Below are positions 11,231 to 27,830 of a stretch of DNA of 64,000 nucleotides, in pieces (the first letter of the stretch is position 1; each line of letters opens with the position of its first letter). Below the pieces are notes generated by a model that was given only the letters and a program-made list of their open reading frames with translations, was not told the origin of the DNA and made no database searches. The DNA is from Octopus sinensis (lineage: Eukaryota), in NCBI RefSeq assembly GCF_006345805.1, contig NC_043015.1:29946001-30010000 (forward strand), read 5' to 3'. The position numbers were made by a program, and so were the translations under genes.

Positions 11231-13205
11231 CTTCTTTTAGTTTCAGCTCAGAGCTGCGGCCATGCTGATGCACCGCTGTTTTGTGCTACACTGTTATTAC
11301 TAAGAGCCTCCTCTAATATGTGGCACTTGGTGAAGAATGGAGTTTGATATAGCTACCCTCAATTGCACCTCTTGCCGTGAGGTAGGTTCATCTGGGACTC
11401 TCAACAGGAAGAGGTCCAGCTTTGATTTAAAACCCCCTACATCTACTTTGTGCAAGTTCCTCAGACTCTTTGGGAGAATATTAAAAAGCTGTGGGCCCTT
11501 GAAACCCAGGCTGTTGCAGTAGCTGGTCCTGAAGCGTGATGGCATTGCTGGGATCTTTGGCACTATGCAGTCTCGTCCCGTTCTAGCATTGGTGTAGCTT
11601 TCAATGCCAAAATTTGGCACAATTCCTTCCAGGATCTTCCAGATATATATTACTGCATACCTCTCCCGTCTTCTCTCCAGGGAGTAAAGTCTTAGCTGTT
11701 TCAACCTTTCCCAGTAGCTGAGCTGTTGCAAAGAGACGATCTTCTTTGTGAATCTTCTCTGGATTGCTTCAAGGTTCGCTGTTAATTTCACACTGGTGGG
11801 TGACCATAGCTGTGAGCAGTAATCCAGGCGGCTGAAGACGAATGTCCGCCAGAGGACCATCATGGTTTCCTTATCTCTGGTTCTGAATGTTCTTAGGATC
11901 CATCGAGACAGTCATCTGCACTTTGTCACCATCCTGGTAATGTGCACTTGGAAAGAAGTATCATCACTCATGTCGATACCCAGGTCCCGCACAGACATAG
12001 GCTCTGGGATTGAAATTCCCTGTGGACAGGAGTATCCTGTAAGTTTAATATTCAGTTTTGGAGGCTGGTAGTGCAGGGCCTGGAATTTTTCAGCATTAAA
12101 CTGCATATTATTATCCTCAGCCCATCTGTAGATTGAGTCCATCTCCTGCTGCAGGTGTGCAACATCGCTGGGGTTCTGTATTTTCTGCAAGACTTTTGTA
12201 TCATCTGCATAGCTTGCCAGAGTGGCTATCTGGGCATTTGAGGGCCACTATAAAAAGCAGTGGTCCCAAGACAGTGCCCTGTGGAACACCGCTCACTGTG
12301 TGTTCATAGAGGTGGGTCCATTAACAACTACTGCCTGACTCCTATCTTTCAGGAAGTCATGTAACCACACTCCAAGTTTTCCAGCTATGCCGAGGTCACG
12401 TAGTTTGTGGCATATCATACCATTATCCACCTTGTCAAAAGCTTTTGCAAAATCAAGGTAGATTACGTCCACATTTGATTTGTTGAGTAACTGCCTCGGC
12501 ACCCAGTCATAATGTTGTAAGAGCTGGGTCAGGCAGCTCCTACCTGGTCGAAAACCATGCTGGGTATCACTCAGCAAGTTATTTTCCTCAAGGAAAGCGA
12601 TTAGTTTCTTTCTGACTATCCGTTCCATGACTTTACTGATGTGTGAAGTCAGAGAGATAGGCCTATAGTTTTTGGCATCTGCTCTACTTCCCCCTTTATG
12701 TATTGGGCATATTATTCCCTCCTTCAGCTTGCCATTTGTAAGAAAGCTCTTGAAGAGAATCTTGAGGGGTTTTGCCAGGGCATGCTTACACACTTTGAGG
12801 AGGATAGCTGAGAAACCATCAGGACCAGCAGTTGAGTTTGTGTCCACTTCATCTATGGCTAGTAGGACATCTTCGCTAATGTCAATATATTCTATTGTAA
12901 CTGCCTCACTGGTTATAGGTGAGGTGGCAAAGAAGTCCACTGGTTCGTTCACTTGTCTGTGTTACAACGGGGTGGTAAAGACACTTTTGAACTGGTCATT
13001 CAGTATCTCACTGATCTTAGCTGGACTGTCTGTGAGGGAGCCATCCTTTTGGAGGAGGGGTCCTATCTTGTAGTGTACTGAGACTGTTTCTTTCGCGTAA
13101 TGAAGGCCTTTGGGTTTGATTTAATGTTTTTTATAACCCAAGCTTCTTTGTCTGCTTTCTCCCTCACGTAGGATTGTTGCAGCCCTTTTTCGATCTCCAT
13201 CAGTA
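11231..13205 (-). mobile_element. 5'-truncated CR1/L2-group LINE (RT domain and 3' end), frameshifted
   Basis: Motifs NYRPISLTSH, QHGFRPGRSC, YLDFAKAFDKV, GVPQGTVLGPLLF, YADDTK, VRDLG, SRLDYCSQLWSP, LERRRERY; stop at 11300 followed by a short 3' tail. Confidence 0.93.
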
Positions 13206-13207
13206 TC

Positions 13208-13790
13208 CATGCGCGAAATTATAACTACAGATGCGGGAAAGTACGACTGCGCATGCGCGAAAGTGTGATTGCGCATGCGCTAAACTGTGACTGCGCATGC
13301 GCAAAATTATAACTGCGCATGCGCGAAAGCATGACTGCGCATGCACGAAAGTATGACTGCGCATGCGCGAAATTAAGACTGTATGCGCGAAATTATTACC
13401 GCGCATGCGGAAAGTATGACTGCGCATGCGCGAATGTGTGACTGCGCATGCGCGAATGTGTGACTGCCCATGCGCGAATGTGCGACTGCCCATGCGCGAA
13501 TGTGCGACTGCGCAGGCGCGAATGTGCGACTGCGCAGGCGCGAATGTGCGACTGCGCAGGCGCGAATGTGCGACTGCGCATGCGCGAATGTGCGACTGCG
13601 CATGCGCAAAAGTATGACTGCGCATGCGCGAAAGTATGACTGCGCAGGCAGAAAAATGTGACTGAGCATGCGCGAATGTTTGACTGCGCATGCGCGAAAT
13701 TATTACCGCGCATGCGCAAAAGTGTGACTGCGCATGCGCAAAAGTGACTGCGCATGCGCGAATGTGTGACTGCGCTGCGCGAAAGTATGA
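13208..13790. repeat. 22-bp minisatellite, about 26 units, core TGACTGCGCATGCGCGAA
   Basis: Direct tandem repeat visible; variation is confined mostly to the 4-5 bases between cores. Confidence 0.95.
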
Positions 13791-19485
<5,695 letters not shown>

Positions 19486-20315
19486 CATCATCATTGTTCT
19501 ACCGTGGTCGAGACAATGGAATTTACCATGCTACGCCAGACTTCACGGTCCATCATAGCATTACGGAGGTCCTGTTGCTGGATGCCTGTATCCCTGGAGA
19601 TTACATCAGGGTAGGAGAGTGTGCGCCCTCTGGTATTGCGAGTAGATGGCTTCCTGAGGAGAAGAGTAGAAATGACTTCTTTTTCAGCTCTACAACAATG
19701 TCCAGTAAACTAGACTCTCCTACCTCTCACAAGAGATGACACAGGTGGTAGTTTCCCATATATATGCATTTTGGTTGGATGGTGCTTCCATTAGATTTTG
19801 AGCTCTCATAAGGAAGCAAGTGTAGGTTCCATCCAACCGCCTCTCAAGCTTCTTTGATAATGTCCAGGTTTCTGAGACATATAGTAGAATTGGTTCAACT
19901 GTGGTTTTGAAGATTTCAAGTTTGAAGTCTCTACTTAGATTTGATGACCAGATCTTATGCATGTCGTTACAGGCTGACCAGGCCATACCCTTTCTAGTTA
20001 GAAATTCTTTTCCAGATGATGATATGTATGACCCAAGATATTTATAATCAGAAACCATATTTAAGGGCGCACTGTTGAGAGAATGGATGAGGCAATCACT
20101 GTTGGACAGGCACTTGTTTATGTATTCAGTTTTGGCCTCATTGAGGTAAAGACCTACACAATTTGAGGATTGTAAAAGAGACTGGGTATTGGAGAGAGAA
20201 TCACTGATAAGAGCGATGTCGTCAGCAAAGTCAGTGTCTCTCAAGTACTCAGCTGGGTGTCTGGAGCTTCTTCTTGGTTTTATTTCAAAGCCCTTGCCAG
20301 AGATGGTATCAACTG
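19486..20315 (-). mobile_element. 5'-truncated RTE-clade LINE (RT C-terminal half and 3' end)
   Basis: DFADDIALIS, YKYLGSYIS, EPILLYVSETWTL, RRLDGTYT, then frameshifted [21 protein letters not shown] and a (TGA)n tail. Confidence 0.92.
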
Positions 20316-20764
20316 ACATACATATATATATGCATACATATATATATATGCACGCATATATGCACGCATAGATGCACACATATATGCACACACATATATG
20401 CACACACATACACATATACACACATATATACACACATATATATATATACATACATGCATACATACACACACACATACATACATACACATGCATATACATA
20501 CATATAGATATAGATATATACACACACAGGCGTTTGTACAGTTTCCATCTATCAAATTCACTCACTGGTTGGCCTGGAGCTATGGTAGAAGACACTTGCC
20601 AGATGCTGTACAATGGGATTGAACCCGAAATCACGTGGTTGCAAAGCAAGCTTCTTTAACCACACAGCCAACCATAATCACCAAGAAAAGCATTTAAACG
20701 AGAGAAAAAAAATTAAGAAATTAAAAAATAAACAACAGAAAACAAAGATGTTGAAAATGCAGTA

Positions 20765-20770
20765 TTTAAT
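20765..20770 (-). promoter_or_regulatory. Candidate polyadenylation signal (ATTAAA) for SAP130
   Basis: About 420 nt past the stop and followed on the minus strand by a U/GU-rich tract (TTTGTTTTCTGTTGTTTATTTTTT). Confidence 0.3.
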
Positions 20771-21188
20771 TAGAAGTTCATTGTACAAGGTTAACTTGTC
20801 AAACTCTGCTGATATAATTCCCCAACCCCTCCCAATCAGACGTGGGCCCAGAAGCAGCAAATGAGCCAACACTCACAATCTGCCTCAGGATTTTATGCTC
20901 ACACACACACACACATTTATATCATCTTCTGCTTCTTTTAAATTGTTCCACAGCCGGAAGTGCTGCCATGTTTATCCAGCTTCAAAAACACACAAAATAA
21001 AAATAAAAAAATCTGTGTCCACTCAGGCACTTTTGCACACACACACATACACTCATGTAAGACAGTCAAAGGCTCCTCTCGCAACCAAATGGAATAGAGA
21101 AAGATGAGGATGGAGATGAGGATGGTGGTTGTGGTTGTGGCGGCGACAGCGAATAGAAGACGAAGACAAAGACGAGAAGGGTTCCATT

Positions 21189-21338
21189 CTACGTCCGTTC
21201 TTTCTTCTTGATGGGCCGTTTACTGATGTTTTTGTTGATGATCTCCAGAATGTGATCTTTGTGGTCAAGGATTTTTAGCATTGAGTCGTGGGCTTCACTC
21301 AACTGGTCAATGACAAGTTTACAACGTTGGATGTTGGC
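21189..21338 (-). CDS. SAP130: SAP130 last coding exon (ANIQRCKLVIDQLSEAHDSMLKILDHKD...KKKERT*)
   Basis: CTTTGCAG acceptor, TAG stop at 21191-21189; matches the SAP130 C-terminus. Confidence 0.95.
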   Translation of the reverse strand, partial: ANIQRCKLVIDQLSEAHDSMLKILDHKDHILEIINKNISKRPIKKKERT

Positions 21339-21985
21339 CTGCAAAGATAGGAAATTGAACGATTATTAATTGATCCTTTAATAATTTGAGAGACACAAAC
21401 ACACAGACACACACACATATTCGAAAGTCTATAATGGACGCAGATTGTGTGTCAAACAGCTAGCTTGAGGCGGTGGCCTCTTGGAGCTAATCATCGACAG
21501 CTTTAGTCTTATATTTATAAGATTGCCATATTAGTATGGCGATAACTTAATTTCCAGTAACGCTGCTGTAATCTCCTTTAGAGAGACTTAGTAATTTTAA
21601 TATTTCTATTATATATATATAATTAAATTTAAAACATTCAATCAAAATTTGCATTTCTAGTGGTCTAACGCGCAAAAAAAATTAGTCAAGAAGCCTATAT
21701 ATTAGTCATACGATATAGTGTATATTTAAACACATAAGGAATCCCTATATACAAATATATACACACACACACACACACACACATGCATAAAGCAAATAAT
21801 GATGGCTAAGTTGAACAATGTGAAGTATATATAGAAAAGCTCACGAGTAGCTTGTTTACCAACCACATGGTTCTGGGTTCAGTCCCACTGTGTGGCACCT
21901 TGGGCAAGTGTCTTCTACTATAGCCTCAGGCCAACCAAAGCCTTGTGAGTGGATTTGGTAGACAGAAACTGAAAGAAGCCCGTCC

Positions 21986-22018
<33 letters not shown>

Positions 22019-22037
22019 TGTGTGTGTGTGTGTGTGT

Positions 22038-22076
<39 letters not shown>

Positions 22077-22109
22077 TGTGGTGTGTGTGGTGTGTGGTGT
22101 GTGTGGTGT

Positions 22110-22150
<41 letters not shown>

Positions 22151-25100
22151 TGTGTGTGTGTTTGTCCCCCTAGCATTGCTTGACAACTGATGCTGATGTG
22201 TTTACGTCCCCATCACTTAGTGTACTGGGCTTACAAAAGAATAAGTCCCGGGGTCAAGTTGCTCGATTAAAGGCGGTGCTCCAACATGGCCGCAGTCAAA
22301 TGACTGAAAAGAGTAAAGAGTACATACACCACACGTGTACATATATACATAGTACATACTATGAATAGCAGTGGTCTTAGGGTCACTGCTATTCATAGTG
22401 GCCCTCTCAGATAGTCACCCCTTCTAGCTATACTAATGATACAAAAATCTCTCAGAATACAGAACCCTTGCAATAGTGCTCACCTGCAGCAGGAGTTGAA
22501 CGCAACATAGAGATGGGTTGTGGATGATAACGTGCAGTTTGATGCTGGGAAATTCCAAACCCTGTGCTACCAGCACACAAAGCTGAATGAAATGTATTTC
22601 TTTACTACCCACAAGGGGCTAAACACAGAGGGGACAAACAAGGTCAGATAGACGGATTAAGTTGATTATATCGACCCCAGTGCGTAAATGGTACTTAATT
22701 TATCGACCCCGAAAGGATGAAAGGCAAAGTCGACCTCAGCAGAATTTGAACGCAGAACGTAGCGGCAGACGAAATACCGCTAAGCATTTCGCCCAGTGTA
22801 CTAACGTTTCTGCCAGCTCGCCGCCCCTTAATAACAATTGAGACAGGATATACTGGCCCAAGAGAGACTGCAATTCTGGAATCAAAATCAGTGTGCGATC
22901 TGGACAATGGCATGAGTAATGATGCATCTTTCCAGGTGCATATTACTGGTCAAGCTTGCCCAGACATTTTTAACCTACACATGCCATCCAATGTCTCTGG
23001 TGAGTTGACTTACATATGTTGTGTTCAGACGACCAGCTCGAGTACAGCCATGCTTTGGCATCCATAATAGTAGGTCGCTTGCCAGTTCGTTCAGCTCACC
23101 AGCAGTGCGTAACTGGTACTTATTTAATCGACCACGAAAGGTTGAAATCGACCTCGGCGGAATTTGAACTCAGAACGTAGCGGCAGACGAAATACCGCTA
23201 AGCATTTCGCCCGACGTGCTAACGATTCTGCCAGCTTGCCCCCTTACAGACTGGGATAAATAACGTGACTTTAAATCTAAGAGCCATGGTCACACTAGTG
23301 GCAACAAGGTTCAAAACCCATAACCAAGAAACAATCAGTTTATCCAGCACCCCAACCTCACCAAAACACCACACACCCACTACACACTCCAGGGTACTGA
23401 GTGACCACATAAACGTAATATTCTCACCACACCAAACAGAGCAGCAACTGATTGACCACACAACCATTGGAGAACCAATTGACTGGCCTCGCTCCAAATA
23501 CAGAATACCAAATCATTCACTGACCTGAGTAAGTTCATGTAGCCGGACCTCATCACTGTCCTGTGTCCCTTGTTTACTCAAAGCCTTTGGTGCAATTGTC
23601 TCTTGTAATTTACACATCTGATTGCAGATTACTTTTTCCATATCATTCTAAAATAAATAAATAAATATTAATATAAACTCATTTTGTCTATAAATCAACA
23701 ACTGGTTAAAAAAAAAAAAAAGAAAAAGAAGATTCCTCCTTCACAGAGAAATTGATATACTGTCAGTAAGCATCAGAACTCAAACATACACTTAAAACTC
23801 TCACTGTCCAAATATACTCACACACACACAATGCACATTTAAAATATGAAATTTTCATGATAAATGGTTGAGATTAGAGGTGAAGCAAGAAATAACTCCT
23901 CACTCGATTTGCTCAACTGAAACTGACCTGGAAGTTACACAACATCCGACTCAACATTTCTACTTCCCTGATGACTACTGACCCTGCCGTAACTGATATT
24001 GGCTTCAAATTTTGGCACAAAGCCAGCAATTTTGAGAGAGGGGAATCGATCCCAATACTCAAATGGGACTTTTTTCGTTGACCCTGAAAGGATGAAGCAA
24101 TGTAGACCCTGGCAGCATTTGGACATAGTGTGTCAGGCAAAATGCTTAGCTTGCATTTTATCCATCTTCTAAGGATTCTGCCAGTTTGTTACCCTTACCC
24201 TGCTGTAATTGATATTGACACTTCTTCATTATTGTCTTCTTGTAAAGCAGAACCAAATAAATCACCACTACAAGTAGCTTTCCAAGTTTAATCCTTTAGC
24301 ATTTAAACCAGCCATATCCGGCCAAAAGTATTCTGCCTGTTTTATGTTCAAACTGGCCAGATCTGGTCTCTCACACCAACCCTACAAAATCGTTTTAAAA
24401 ATTAACAGCTACCTCATTAAAGTCTCAAAGCTACAAGATAATGCATGATTAGTTCAAAACAATGTGGATGAAGAAGCATTGATTTTGGCAGAATATTGCG
24501 AACACTAAACGGTTAAGGCAGGTTGCTAGAACACACACAAACACACTACTTTGTTATGACACACTTGCAGAGTCGGTTTCCAGTGTTTTCTATAAAAAAA
24601 AGTAGGGTCACAGGTATTTTATGCACTACTGACCACCTGTGCCAATTGTAATCACGTTCAGCTCTAATGAAAATTTTATGATATAAGATGTCAATGCATA
24701 AAGTTATGATGGCATTATCAGAGGATAAGTTTTGAGGACACCAGACCAATGTGAAGATAAATTTACGATTAATTATTGAATGGGATTAGCAAAATGAACA
24801 CAACGAAAACTGTAAACTGATAAATCTCTAACTAGTTTTATAGCTCTAAAATAAATATTCAAACTTTAAACTCAGTTATAGGATCCACTGATTTTTGAGA
24901 AATAACTACAGATTTGTGGTTTCAAGTTCTATCCAACACCACGTGCAGGTGGCACGTAAATAGCACCCACTACACTCTCGGAGTGGTTGGCATTAGGAAG
25001 GGCATCCAGCTGTAGAAACTCTGCCAGATCAAGATTGGAGACTGGTGCAGCCATCTGGTTGCCAGCCCTCAGTCAAAACCGTCCAACCCATGCTAGCATG

Positions 25101-27797
25101 GAAAATGGACGTTAAATGATGATGATGATGATGATGATGACCATGGCACCTTGGACAAGTCTTCTACTGTAGCCTCAGACTGAATTCTAACGTGTATGTG
25201 TGTGTGTGTACGGACATGAAGCTTACATTCTGTATGTACAACACTGCATGAGCAAAGTGGTGAGGTCACGTTTGCATTCCCTGTAAACACAATGTTCTGT
25301 AGCTCTGCAATTGTGAAGACAGGTGAAATAAAAAAATATCCGTTATTTGAAAGGTAAGCAAGGATTGGAAATATGAAGGGCATCTGGCCATAAAAAAATG
25401 AAAAAGAAAAACTGACATGATGAAGCAGATGTAAAAAATGAATGAAAGAAAGAATAAAAAAGTATTGAGACTCGGAAGTGAATGTGAACCACCTCACTTA
25501 CCATGTCTTCTAACTGTGTAGCCAAGAAATATAACTTCCAGCCACTGGCTTTTTGAACAACACCTCGTTGGTTGGACAGTTCATTCACTGAAGAACGCCG
25601 GTCTTCTGCAATAATAAAAGATCATAGAAAGATTTATTTATGACTGAAATATATTTCTGTATGAAAAGTCAGAAATAGTTACCATTCAGAGACAACAACT
25701 GGTTGTTAAAATTTAGATAAAACAAGAGTCCATTTGGAGGTTACAATCAATAGACAACCATCTCCTACACCAAGTTGTAGCATGTCTTAACAGAGCCAAT
25801 GAGAGACCCTCTACACCAGTCATGGGTTGCCTGCAACACGTAAGACTTTCTGAATGGTATATCTAATGAAAAATTGCCTCCAATTTTTTTTTAGTAGTGC
25901 AGCCCACCTGATGACGAGCCATGTCACATGTGGCCCACTTCTCATAAAAGGTTGCCCATGCCTGCTCTACAAAGTCAATCTGCTAGAAATAGCAACAAAA
26001 TTTCTTCACATCATACTGTCTTAACCCTTTCGTTACTGTATTTCTGTTGAGATGCTCTGTGTTTCATTCAATTTATTTTAAATATAACAAAGAATTTAGT
26101 AAAATAACTTAGTTATCATTCAGCTAGTGTTAGGAACATAAATTGTGACTAAAGTTTGGTGGAAGATTTTAATTCAAAATTTATGAAAACAAGACATTTG
26201 TACTCAGAGCCAGAGGCGGTTTTGGCCGGGTTGATATCAAAAGGGTTAAGATAGAAGGAAAAAAAAAGTCACTTCAGATAATGTGATCCTACAAATACCA
26301 CATGAGAAATAAAAAAAAAGATGGGATGTTTTGCAATCATAAATCTGCTTGACCAGAGCTGACCAAGAGCTAAATAACAACAATGCAACTAATGGTCAAG
26401 TGAAATTTAGAATCAGTTGCTGACATTTTTAATGTAACAGGAAGAGACAGAAGAGAGTTTACATGACTGACCACAGATGCCATTAATCTTTTCAGGGTTA
26501 TTCATTTCTATAATTGGCAGAGAAACAAAAAAGATGTGGTTGTAGTTGACATAGCAACAGCAGCAGATTGATGTGTGTGACTACAGTTGATGAAGAATCA
26601 ACAGTAAAATGTTACATGTGACCAGAGTCAACAGAGAAAAAACAAACTTATGTGACTATGGTTGATATAGAAAGAACAGTAAAGTGTTACATGTGACCAT
26701 AGTAGATATAATAACAAAGACAGACTGTTATAAAGTAACCACCAGTGAACAGAGCAACAAAAATAGATTATATGGGACTTATATAGTTGGTATAGAAACA
26801 ACAGCAAAAGGCTATAGTTGATATAATAACAAAAGTAGAATGTTATATGTGACTATAGTTGATATCATAGGCCATGTATAGTGTCACATTGAAAGAGTTA
26901 AAAGGGTCGATGGGTCACTGATAAGAAGGGTCACTGTCATAATAATAATAATAATAATAAAACAAACATGCTGCTAACATTTTGTAACATTCACCTCTAA
27001 AGAAAGGTAAAATATCATTGTGAAAAACTGTTCAAGAAATTACCTTTAGATTTGACATCAGAATGGCGCTGGAAATGATTGTTGCGAACTTTCCATGACA
27101 TGGAATAAAAGTTGATGAGACTCAGGTTGGGACGACGTTTCTCTGTTGTCCACCGAACTCCTTCTTCATCTGTGTATTCTAAAGGGGGCAGAAAAGAAAT
27201 TACAGCTTACAGAAAGGAGAGGATGGCAAGTGTAGGCACACGTCCATATACATACCTACATCAAAATCAAAGTCAATTCGGTGACTGGCATCCGTGCTAG
27301 AGGGGTGCAAAGAGCACCATATGAGTGTGATCGTTGACAGAGCGGCTAACTGGCTTCTGTGCCAGTGGCACATAAAAGGGCACCATTCGAGTATGATCGT
27401 TATCCGTGTCACCTTACTGGCACTTGTGCCTGTGCTAGTAGGGTGCCAAGAGTACCATCCGAGCATGATCGTTGCCAGAGCAGCCAACTGGCTTCCGTAC
27501 CCGTGGCACGTAAGAGGGCACCATTCGAGCGTGATCGTTACCAACGTTGCTTCACTGGCACCTGTACCGGTGGCATGTGTAAAAAGATTCGAGCGAGGTC
27601 ATTGCCAGTGCCACCTGACTGGCCCCCATGCTGGTGGAACGTAAAAAGCACCCACTACACTCTCGGAGTGGTTGGCATTAGGAAGGGCATCCAGCGGTAG
27701 AAACTCTGCCAAATCAAGATTGGAGCCTAATGCAGCCATCTGGTTCGCCAGCCCTCAGTCAAAATCGTCCAACCCATGCTAGCATGGAAAGCGGACG

Positions 27798-27830
<33 letters not shown>

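Noticed and set aside
13208-13790. CRISPR-like look of the 22-bp array
   Set aside because: No unique spacers (only 4-5 drifting bases), no cas genes, eukaryotic context
25908-25960. CTGATGA as a canonical hammerhead core
   Set aside because: No stem II followed by GAAA downstream; the region looks like a decayed hAT MITE end
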